From Myxococcota bacterium (GTDB lineage Bacteria; Myxococcota_C; UBA6777), in the NCBI GenBank assembly GCA_023150835.1, contig JAKLKB010000047.1:1-43436 (forward strand): a stretch of DNA of 43,436 nt, written 5' to 3'. The position numbers were made by a program, and so were the translations under genes. Positions 20,576 to 29,006 of the stretch are shown here, one piece after another. A model generated the notes under the pieces. That model worked only from the letters and a program-made list of their open reading frames with translations. It ran no database searches and was not told the origin of the DNA. Position 1 is the first letter of the stretch; each line of letters opens with the position of its first letter.

Positions 20576-22510
20576 ATGGAGAGTGTCGTTTGTGCTTATT
20601 GCAAACACGAGGTTCTGCGTGCGACGGTTTGCAGTCATTGTGGCGCACCGCTGGCGCAAAGCCAACGCGCTCTCCTTGGTGAGATCATCCACTCCTACTA
20701 CCTCGAAGAATACCTCGCCGAAGGCGCGACAGGGCGAATATTTCGGGCGCGTCATCTTGCCACCGGCCAACAAGTCGCCCTCAAGCTGCTCCAACCCGAA
20801 CTCGCCACACAACCCCAAGCCATCCGCCGTTTTCGTCGAGAAGCTGAGGCCGGTCTGCGGCTCCAACATCCCCGCGCTGTCAAACTTTACGAGTTTGGTA
20901 TCGCCCCCGGATACGGTATCTTCCTTGTCATGGAACTGATCGAAGGGCAGACGCTTCGTCAACTGCTTTCCACCCAAGGCCCCCTCACGCCAAAGATCGC
21001 CTTGCAGATCGCCTTGCAGATCTGCGATGCCCTTGAAAAAGCCCATGACTTCGGCATCATCCACCGCGATCTCAAACCCGCCAACGTCATGCTCCAACGC
21101 CATCCCTCCCAAAAGATCATGGTCAAGATCTGCGACTTCGGCACCGCTCGCCTTGAGATGCAACACAACGAGTTTGACACACACTTGACCATCCCCGGGA
21201 TGATCTGCGGAACCCCCGGATATATGGCCCCCGAACAGATATCCCAAAACCAGCCCATCGGACCCCAAACGGATATCTACGCGCTTGGCGTCCTTCTCTT
21301 TGAGATGCTGACAGGCTCTCTGCCTTTTCTTGGCGATTCTCCCCAAGAACTCTTGATGAATCCGCTGTTTCATTCTCCCCGCCCCCTCGTCGCAACCGAA
21401 CCCTCACTCGCCAACTTCCCTCACCACCAACGCCTCGAACAACTGATCTCTAGGTGCCTTTCTCGCGAAGTCAACCAAAGACCCCAATCCATCAGCTTCT
21501 TGCGTGTTGGACTGCTCTCTTCCTTGCCAACGCCTTCTCTTGAACTCAGCCTCAACGCCCTCGAATCCATGGACACCCTCGATGATTCGCGTGCCATCTC
21601 CAACCTCTTGCATCCTTTTTCTGCCGAAGAACCCGAGATCCCCAACCCGCCCTCTGCTTATCCTTGGCATCCGATCCTGTTTGGCGTCGAAGATCTCCAA
21701 ATCATCCGTAATCTCGTTCAACAAGCCCCTCTCCAAACCTTTCAAACCGCCCAACCCCTGCTCTCCGCCCAAGACCACCACCAATCTTTTTTTATGGTCA
21801 AATCCGGCGAGATCCGCCTCGTCTACCACGAAGAAGATCGCCTCGTCGAAGTCGACCGCATCGGTCCTGACGGGATGATCGGTGTCACCAGCTTTTTCTC
21901 CAACGCCCTCTCTTCTCTCACCGCTGAAGCCTCCCGCCACTCCCAAGTCTACCGCGTCGATCAGCCCATCCTCGCCAAGTGGATCAAAGAAGATCCCCGC
22001 GCTTATGAACTCTTTCGCATCTTTCACCGCGAATACATCCTCCAAGAAACCATCCGCTACGCCCCCTTCTTTTCCACCATCCCCCTCGAAGAACGCATCG
22101 CCTTTGTTCAAAAGTTCTCGTTTTATCCGCTCGCAAAAGGTCAAGAGGTAATCGCCCAAGGCGAGACGCTCGATCACTTTTGCCTCGTCGCTTCGGGCCG
22201 CGTCGAAGTCTATCGCCGACCTTCTGGTGCTGGTTCCCCCGAGATCATCCGCTATCTGCGCGCTGGACAGTTTTTGGGTGAGATGGCCTTGCTCTATCGA
22301 GAGCCTGCCTCCGCCTCCGCTCGCGCCGCAAGCAACACCGTCCTGCTACGCATCCAACGCGAAGAACTCCTTCAAGAACTCAAAGCCTATCCCAAAGTCT
22401 TGCGCTTGCTCCATCAGATCGCACAGATGCGCCTCGAAGAAAATCACCGCGCCGATCAACGCTCCCATTGGACCGCCGTCGGTGAAACCCCTTGGTTCCC
22501 TCCCCAATAA
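20576..22510 (+). CDS. Cytoplasmic Ser/Thr kinase with an N-terminal zinc ribbon and two C-terminal cNMP-binding-like domains
   Basis: CAYC..CSHC; VALK, HRDLKPAN, DFG, GTPGYMAPE; FFMVKSGEIRL..GPDGMIG and QGE..FCLVASGRVEV..GQFLGEMALL. GGGAGAG RBS. Confidence 0.93.
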   Translation: MESVVCAYCKHEVLRATVCSHCGAPLAQSQRALLGEIIHSYYLEEYLAEGATGRIFRARHLATGQQVALKLLQPELATQPQAIRRFRREAEAGLRLQHPRAVKLYEFGIAPGYGIFLVMELIEGQTLRQLLSTQGPLTPKIALQIALQICDALEKAHDFGIIHRDLKPANVMLQRHPSQKIMVKICDFGTARLEMQHNEFDTHLTIPGMICGTPGYMAPEQISQNQPIGPQTDIYALGVLLFEMLTGSLPFLGDSPQELLMNPLFHSPRPLVATEPSLANFPHHQRLEQLISRCLSREVNQRPQSISFLRVGLLSSLPTPSLELSLNALESMDTLDDSRAISNLLHPFSAEEPEIPNPPSAYPWHPILFGVEDLQIIRNLVQQAPLQTFQTAQPLLSAQDHHQSFFMVKSGEIRLVYHEEDRLVEVDRIGPDGMIGVTSFFSNALSSLTAEASRHSQVYRVDQPILAKWIKEDPRAYELFRIFHREYILQETIRYAPFFSTIPLEERIAFVQKFSFYPLAKGQEVIAQGETLDHFCLVASGRVEVYRRPSGAGSPEIIRYLRAGQFLGEMALLYREPASASARAASNTVLLRIQREELLQELKAYPKVLRLLHQIAQMRLEENHRADQRSHWTAVGETPWFPPQ

Positions 22511-22596
22511 ATACAACGCCTCAGAGGGTGTCTAAAGCAGCGATATCTGTTGGACTGGTACACAGAAACATCGAAGGAATGGACGTCTTGTGGTTG

Positions 22597-22850
22597 CCCC
22601 TCACCCCCCCGGCCCCGCCCTCTCCCCGTTGTCACGGAGGCGAGGGGGGGGTGAAGAAAGCAGATTTTCCGAAAGGATGGCGAAGAGTTGTGAGCGTTGT
22701 ATTGCATCAAAGACGGATGGAACGAAAGAATCGTAGAGGAAGAAAGTCTTTTCACACATGAAGATACGTATTTTCCGCGTAAATCGTGTCATTCCGTCCC
22801 CCTCTCTACGCAGCGATTCCTAGAGCGACCGCGTGGAGAGGGGGGTGAGG
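22597..22850. repeat. Two oppositely oriented CCCTCACC/CCCTCTC-type palindromic (REP-like) elements between convergent kinase genes
   Basis: 22597-22654 CCCCTCACCCCCCC..CCCTCTCCCC..GAGGGGGGGGTGA and 22798-22850 CCCCCTCTCTACGC..GCGTGGAGAGGGGGGTGAGG. Confidence 0.65.
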
Positions 22851-22917
22851 TCACGCGAATAGAACCACCTTCCCCCCCAAACAAACCTATTTTTAGATAC
22901 CCTCTCACACGATCGGC

Positions 22918-24597
22918 TCAGCGTTTTCGCAAGCGGATCATCATCTCTGTTTCGCCTTCTTTGGCTTTGAGATCGCGTTGCTCGCTTTGGTAGCCGTCCA
23001 AACTGACGATCAAGCGATATTGTAGACCGCTTACCAGCTTGATCACGCGCACATCTCCGCTGTCTTGGACGGGGCTTCCGTTGAGTGTGATGCGGGCTTG
23101 GGGGGGCGTGACGCGCAAGCGCAAACTGGCGGGTTCGACAGGGGCTTCCACGATCGCAGAAGAGGCATCGCTCTGGGAAAATAGTTGAATTCCATCCAAG
23201 AAGTAAAAAGCGGCCCCGCCCCCACCCAACACCAACACCAACAACAGCACGATCCAAATCGCTCCTCCTTTGGACGGTTGCTTGAGCGAACCCCCGTTCG
23301 ACGGTCGCTTGGCTGCCCCTGTTTTGGGCTGTTGTTTTTGGCGAGTAAGCTCTGCCGAAGGTACGCCAAACTGCGTGGCTGCGCTGTTGAGTGAAGAGGG
23401 GGCGGATGGGCGCAAGATCGAATCATCGACCGTTTCGGGTGCGTTGGGCGGGGCATAAGGGGAAAGCAACGCAGCGGATTCTTCGGAGATTTCCGACTCT
23501 TGGAGGTCCGTCGTTTCAAAGTCTGTAAGCTGCGGAGACTGGATCATGCGTGTGCTTTCTTCCCCAGTTGCGGTGCTTTGGGCTGTTTTGGGAGCGAAAG
23601 CTTTGAGTTGTTCTTCGGACATGGCCGTCAAGGCGATCTCTGTCGCAGGTTGGCCGCCCACCTGTACGGATTCTTGGTACAAGACGCCCATAAAATTCCC
23701 GACCACCGTCATGTCTTCGGAAACGCTGCGGTTTGCGAGGTAATGCGAAAGGTCGTGTACGACGTGGTGGGTGTGGTTGTAACGCACGTTTGGATCCCGA
23801 TGCACCATGCGCTGCAAGATCTCTTCGATGGCGGGGTCGGCATCTGTCCGATATTGGCTCAAAGGCGGAACCACGCAGCCTTGCACCAACTGGATCGTTT
23901 CGATATCCGTTTTGCCTTGAAACAGCCGCCGATTGCATAACATCTCCCACAACGTGATCCCCAACGCAAAGATATCGCTTGAAGGAGAGGCCGGCGCACC
24001 CGTTAATTGTTCGGGGGCAAGGTACGAAAACTTTCCTTTGATCACACCTGCGGTCGTTTGATAGAGCTTGTTGGCAGCTTTGGCGATGCCGAAGTCTGTA
24101 AGCTTTACAGCACCGTGATAAGAGATCAGGATATTTTGTGGCGAAACATCGCGGTGGATGATCTGAAGAGGTTGCCCCATCGAGTCGCGTGCCGAATGTG
24201 CGAAGGCAAGGGCTTTTGCAACGTCGTTGATGATGCAAACCGCCGCAGGGATCGGAAAAAAAGAGTTTTTTTCTGCCACGCGGCGGATCACTTGGCCGAG
24301 GTGTTTTCCGTCCACAAACTCCATCGCGATGTAGTAGTCGTTGCCCACCTGCGCCACATCGTAGATCTGCACGATATTTGGATGGTTGAGCGATCCCGCG
24401 ATGCGCGCTTCGTCGAGAAACTGCGTCACAAAATCTTCGTTCGACGACAAATGCGAGAGGATGCGTTTGATCGCGACTTCTTTTGTAAAGTTGTTCGGAC
24501 CCGAAGTCTGCGCACGAAAGATCTCGGCCATGCCGCCTTGCCCGATCTTCTCAAGCAACGAGTAGGGGCCGAACTGAAAAGGAAATCTGTGGTTCAT
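22918..24597 (-). CDS. Membrane Ser/Thr kinase with a C-terminal PEGA-like domain
   Basis: GQGGMAEIF, VAIK, HRDVSPQN, DFG, GKFSYLAPE; TM IWIVLLLVLVLGGGGAAFYF; VTPPQARITLNG..GY. GAGGA precedes ATG 24597. Confidence 0.95.
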   Translation of the reverse strand: MNHRFPFQFGPYSLLEKIGQGGMAEIFRAQTSGPNNFTKEVAIKRILSHLSSNEDFVTQFLDEARIAGSLNHPNIVQIYDVAQVGNDYYIAMEFVDGKHLGQVIRRVAEKNSFFPIPAAVCIINDVAKALAFAHSARDSMGQPLQIIHRDVSPQNILISYHGAVKLTDFGIAKAANKLYQTTAGVIKGKFSYLAPEQLTGAPASPSSDIFALGITLWEMLCNRRLFQGKTDIETIQLVQGCVVPPLSQYRTDADPAIEEILQRMVHRDPNVRYNHTHHVVHDLSHYLANRSVSEDMTVVGNFMGVLYQESVQVGGQPATEIALTAMSEEQLKAFAPKTAQSTATGEESTRMIQSPQLTDFETTDLQESEISEESAALLSPYAPPNAPETVDDSILRPSAPSSLNSAATQFGVPSAELTRQKQQPKTGAAKRPSNGGSLKQPSKGGAIWIVLLLVLVLGGGGAAFYFLDGIQLFSQSDASSAIVEAPVEPASLRLRVTPPQARITLNGSPVQDSGDVRVIKLVSGLQYRLIVSLDGYQSEQRDLKAKEGETEMMIRLRKR

Positions 24598-24723
24598 CGC
24601 GTTATCCTCTGCCCACAATCCGTCGTTTCCGTGGGGTGAAGCGGTGTCTTTTTGTGGGGTTGTCTCTTTCGTGACGTCGCGTCGGCGTCGTCTCTCGATC
24701 TCTTGTGTACCGTTTCTTGATAT

Positions 24724-25686
24724 CTAGAGGCAAGGGTGTGTCTTTGGACGTTTTAGCAGCTTTTGCGCAGGGGCATGGTTTGGGTGGTGTTGAAGAAGCG
24801 CCCGAAGTACGGCCTGCGCTTGTGTACACTGCTGATCTTGAAGCAGCGTCATGGCGAGGAACATATAGCCACGTAGGGTTTTGGGTTCAAGACGGATCAG
24901 TTCTCGGAGAATTTGCTCCCCCTGTTTGTTACGCTTTTTCTTTCGCAAGATCTGCGCTTGTTCAAAGACGCTCGTTTCAAGGACAGGTTGGGCTGCTTGG
25001 CGCAACAAGGGATGCGGGCAGAGAGGATACCACCGCGACAGGCGCTGGTAAAGCTGTTTTGTGTGGGGTGTCATCATGCGCTCGACCGTCGCAAGCCCGA
25101 GCTGGTAACAAGGGTGCTGTGGATCGAGCGCTACCGTCCGCAAGAACGCAACATGAGCATCGGGGATCTTGTTCATGCCAAGCAGCAACACCGCATAACG
25201 GTACGCCATCGGCGCTTTTTGAGGCGCAAGGCGTATCGCTTTTTGATGCGCTTGAAGACTTCGTTCGAGTAGGCGCTTTTGCTGTGAGGGTGGAACCACG
25301 CGGGCTTGCAAACGCAGCGACTCCGCATACAGCGACCAAGCAGGCGCATGGCGCGGATCGCGCCGCAACACCGCTCGCAACAAACGATCCGCTTCCAAGA
25401 GCCGTTGTTGGCTGAGCGCAAGCCGCGCTAGGCCCAACTTCGCATGACTGTATCGTCTGTTTGCACGCAAAGCCCGTTGAAAAAGCTGCTTGGCTTGTTT
25501 GGCCTCTCCCGCTTTTTCGTAAAGCCGACCCAAGATCGTCAACAAACGCGGATCGTTCGGAGATGTTTTCAGCTTCTTTTCGATCTGTTCGATGTATCGG
25601 TGGTAAGGCGTAGGGCTTTGCGCCATAGAAGCCCATCCCATCGAAAAAAACAATCCAACACATACGATCCTGAGGTATCTCGACAT
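24724..25686 (-). CDS. Exported TPR-repeat protein
   Basis: Signal-like MSRYLRIVCVGLFFSMGWASMA followed by canonical TPR units (PNDPRLLTILGRLYEKAG..AKQLFQRAL). The ORF-track extension to 26289 overlaps the opposite-strand gene and is unlikely. Confidence 0.85.
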   Translation of the reverse strand: MSRYLRIVCVGLFFSMGWASMAQSPTPYHRYIEQIEKKLKTSPNDPRLLTILGRLYEKAGEAKQAKQLFQRALRANRRYSHAKLGLARLALSQQRLLEADRLLRAVLRRDPRHAPAWSLYAESLRLQARVVPPSQQKRLLERSLQAHQKAIRLAPQKAPMAYRYAVLLLGMNKIPDAHVAFLRTVALDPQHPCYQLGLATVERMMTPHTKQLYQRLSRWYPLCPHPLLRQAAQPVLETSVFEQAQILRKKKRNKQGEQILRELIRLEPKTLRGYMFLAMTLLQDQQCTQAQAVLRALLQHHPNHAPAQKLLKRPKTHPCL

Positions 25687-25878
25687 CTTGGTTTGTGTTC
25701 CTGTGCTTTCTGGGTACGTTGAGAGGCTTGTCTTGAGCAGCCGGTCGTTGCGCTGGAGGCCTGTTGAGAAGACACGAAACAACGCCGCACAAATCCGTTG
25801 AAAACGACGAATTGGCCTTGACAGGGAGATGGCAGCCTTCTTAACTATGGGATGTTTCGGACAACGGGAGAACATCGC

Positions 25879-28800
25879 ATGCCCAATCATCCTACCCGCC
25901 TTCGCGCCCCCCATTGTGTGCCTCGCCAGACACAGGATCAAGAACTGCCCTCTGTTTTTTCGCTCGCCCTTTCTCAAGGTACTGCTTTGGCGCGTTGTCT
26001 TTTGACTTCTTTTCCGTTCGCTTTTCTTGTTGGACTGAGCCTTTGCTTTTTTCTTGAAGATCGCGCAAGCGCCCAGATCCAATGGACACAACTCCCCAAC
26101 CAGCTCACACGCGGAGAGCGCGTTCGTATCGCTGGACGCGTCGACCTTGCGCGCCTCGCACGACCCAACGCCTCCGTCGTCTTTCGACTCCAACACAACA
26201 CAGGCATCCGTGATCTCGGCGAAGCACACACCAACCCCCAAGGGGACTTCTCCCTCTGGATCGAGATCCCCAAAGATCTCCCCACACAAACCCTTCAGAT
26301 GCTCGTTAGCCTACAAGTCCCTCCGCCCTCACCTTCTCAATCCCCCCCTCGCTCTAGCCCCCCACAACGCCGCAAACAAAACCCGCCTCCCTCTCCACTC
26401 CCACAACGCAAACAAACTCCCCGCAATATGCCCCCACATACAAAAAAAACGCTGAAATCTCAGAATAGCCGACCCGATAGCACAGAGCCGAAGCGGCGGA
26501 CCGATAGCACAGAGCCGAAGCAGCGGCCCGATAGCACAGAACCGAAAAACACCAACAACGCACCAAACAAAGACCCTGCTCTACCAAACCGAGAGGGCAC
26601 TCCATCAAACCGAGAACAAAACAACAACGATGAAAACCCCCGTCCATCGGATGGTTCGTCGGGCAAACCAAGCGCACCGTCAGACAAATCAAGCGCACCG
26701 TCATCGGGAACACCGAATCAAAACGCTCCTTCCTCTTTGCGAAAAAGCACGCCAAATGCTGACCAAGATCACGCCGCTCAACGAGAACAAGCTCAACGAG
26801 AACAAGCTCAACGAGAACAAGCTCAACGAGAACAAGCTCAACGAGAACAAGCTCAACGCGAACAAGTCCGAAAACAGGCTGTTTGGGAGCGCCTAAAGAA
26901 AGGTTGGCGGCCTGAGATGGAAGGGGCCGATGAACCGTCACAAGAACGCTCTCGTTCTCCCCAAGTTTTTCGTCTTCCTGAGATATCTTCAAACCCTGAC
27001 GCCTCGAAACGAGTCCCTCCGTCATCTCCGAAAAGGCCAATGTCCTCGCCATATCCGAAAGGCTCGATGCCATCGCCGCCTGTAGAACCTTCCTCCCCTT
27101 CCAACCCACCCTCCGCGCCCTTTCCTTCGCCATCACAAGAACACCGCTCGCCATCACAAGAACACCGCTCGCCATCACAAGAACACCACCCGCAGGAACA
27201 ACCGACCCCGCCGTCGCAAGAAACTTCTCCGCTTCCGTCTTCTCCACAAGAGACCTCGCCGACACCTTCCGTCCCAAAAGAAACCGTTCCTCCACAAAAC
27301 GCCTCTCCTCAAACCAAAGACGACTGGAGATCCCGAGCCGCCAAGTGGTTGAAACAACAAGAAGAACGAAAAAAGCAGGGGCAGCCCTACGACTGGCGAA
27401 AAGAACAACAAGAACGTGCGATGCAAGTGGAGCAGATGCGCCGTCGCCTCGAACAACTTCGCGAACGCTTGCGAGAGCAAGCGCGCCGTGAACAATCGCC
27501 TTATGGAGAACCCCAAGATCCCGGTCGATTCAGAGGATTTGGGCCACAAGGAAACCCATCCGACGACTCGGGCGGCGGAAGTGGCGGAAGTGGCGGAAGC
27601 AAGCCTCGGATGGACGGTGGAAGCCCACGCGAAGGAAGTCGTGGATTTCTTGATGACGCGCCTCAAAATCCTCGTCCGTCGGCTCCTTCGGACGATCTCT
27701 TGCCTCCGTTGATGTTGCCTCGCCTTCAATCAAAGTTTTCATCGCCATCCGAGTCTCGCGGGCCGATGCGCGCCCGTCCCAAGCGCGGCGCACCACAAAA
27801 TGAGGGGCATCAATCCGCACAGCGCGGGCAGTTGTTGAGCCGCAGCAACCAAAACAAGATGGACACGCAAACAACGGGAGGACGGGTGTTTTTGCGTCAA
27901 GTGTTCAAGCCTTACCTGCCTCACCACCAGCGGATTACTGCGTTGGATCAGTGGGATGAAGGCTACCATTTGACCTTGCGCTCCGAACGAAAACGCATCG
28001 TTCCTGCGCAGAGTTCGAGCCGCTTTGGCTACAAAACATTTGTGGGACATCTGCGCGTGTTGTTGTGGCCGGGAAAGTGGACACCGATCCCGAGTGTTTC
28101 GCCCCAAGCAACAGTTCTCTGGGCGAGAACAGTCCCGCACATCCGAGGTTTGCGTTTTGCGAAAGACAGCGCCGAAGTGCTTCATCTCCGCGCTTACACA
28201 AGAAAACCACAAGTCGTCGAACTGCACTTTGCTCTGGAGGCCGATCCGTTGTACTTTGGTGGCCCGATCCCCAAGGGGATCAAACCGTCGCAATATCCGA
28301 TGTCTTTGCGGCCTTCTGCGCGATCACAAAAACGCGAGCATATCCTTGCGCATCTTCACGAATGGGGGCTTTCACCCGAGATGACGCTCGATCAGATCTT
28401 GATGGTGTTTGTGCCGTATCTACGGAGCTTTTCGGCCCGGGCGCTGCGCCCAGAAGAACATCTCGAAGATTCTTATCTGACGTTGATGCGTCGGCGTGTC
28501 GGGGTGTGCCGTCATCGTGCGATGTTGTTTGTGACCACGATGCTTTCGATCGGCTATCCTGCGCGTTTTGTGGCCAACGGAGCGCATGCTTTTGCAGAAG
28601 TCGGTTATCCCGATGGGCGCTGGCGTTTGATCGATCTCGGTGGGGGAGATATCCCCAACTGGCTCGGCAAATGGGACGGGCAACCCTTTCAGCATCCCGA
28701 AGATCCGTTCCCAACGCCCCAAGTCCCCGAAAATGAAACTCGCGAAGAGCAGCGGCAGCAAGCCGCGACGCCACCGATCGATACACGCCCCCAACAACCC

Positions 28801-28998
28801 GATCCTCGCCATCTTGGGATCGGTGGAAAACATATCTTGCGAGATCCCAAAGATGCCTTGCGACGGCGCCTTTCGGCTTCACCAAAGCCGCCCGTCACAC
28901 CCCTGAGACGCAAGATCATCCATCATTCACCGCTGTCCAATCGAACCAACTCCCATAGCCCATTGCAGCGAAGGCTTCAACAACTTCTTCAACGCTAA
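25879..28998 (+). CDS. Transglutaminase-like domain protein with a long disordered/coiled-coil middle region
   Basis: Triad motifs GVCRHRA (Cys 28507), HAFAEV (His 28585) and GRWRLID (Asp 28633). N-terminal hydrophobic segment ending ASAQ. GGAG precedes ATG 25879. Confidence 0.88.
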   Translation: MPNHPTRLRAPHCVPRQTQDQELPSVFSLALSQGTALARCLLTSFPFAFLVGLSLCFFLEDRASAQIQWTQLPNQLTRGERVRIAGRVDLARLARPNASVVFRLQHNTGIRDLGEAHTNPQGDFSLWIEIPKDLPTQTLQMLVSLQVPPPSPSQSPPRSSPPQRRKQNPPPSPLPQRKQTPRNMPPHTKKTLKSQNSRPDSTEPKRRTDSTEPKQRPDSTEPKNTNNAPNKDPALPNREGTPSNREQNNNDENPRPSDGSSGKPSAPSDKSSAPSSGTPNQNAPSSLRKSTPNADQDHAAQREQAQREQAQREQAQREQAQREQAQREQVRKQAVWERLKKGWRPEMEGADEPSQERSRSPQVFRLPEISSNPDASKRVPPSSPKRPMSSPYPKGSMPSPPVEPSSPSNPPSAPFPSPSQEHRSPSQEHRSPSQEHHPQEQPTPPSQETSPLPSSPQETSPTPSVPKETVPPQNASPQTKDDWRSRAAKWLKQQEERKKQGQPYDWRKEQQERAMQVEQMRRRLEQLRERLREQARREQSPYGEPQDPGRFRGFGPQGNPSDDSGGGSGGSGGSKPRMDGGSPREGSRGFLDDAPQNPRPSAPSDDLLPPLMLPRLQSKFSSPSESRGPMRARPKRGAPQNEGHQSAQRGQLLSRSNQNKMDTQTTGGRVFLRQVFKPYLPHHQRITALDQWDEGYHLTLRSERKRIVPAQSSSRFGYKTFVGHLRVLLWPGKWTPIPSVSPQATVLWARTVPHIRGLRFAKDSAEVLHLRAYTRKPQVVELHFALEADPLYFGGPIPKGIKPSQYPMSLRPSARSQKREHILAHLHEWGLSPEMTLDQILMVFVPYLRSFSARALRPEEHLEDSYLTLMRRRVGVCRHRAMLFVTTMLSIGYPARFVANGAHAFAEVGYPDGRWRLIDLGGGDIPNWLGKWDGQPFQHPEDPFPTPQVPENETREEQRQQAATPPIDTRPQQPDPRHLGIGGKHILRDPKDALRRRLSASPKPPVTPLRRKIIHHSPLSNRTNSHSPLQRRLQQLLQR
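26470..27187. repeat. Three separate in-frame tandem repeats: 27-bp x3 (DSTEPK), 15-bp x6 (AQREQ, 26775-26864) and 21-bp x3 (SPSQEHR)
   Basis: Near-perfect DNA duplications visible directly in the sequence. Confidence 0.88.
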
Positions 28999-29006
28999 AC
29001 CACCGT

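Noticed and set aside
25818-25847. TTGACA promoter upstream of the transglutaminase gene
   Set aside because: The -35 is perfect but there is no convincing -10 at 16-18 bp spacing, so it is left uncalled.
25687-26289. N-terminal extension of the minus-strand TPR ORF
   Set aside because: It overlaps the divergent transglutaminase gene, and a signal-peptide start exists at 25686.
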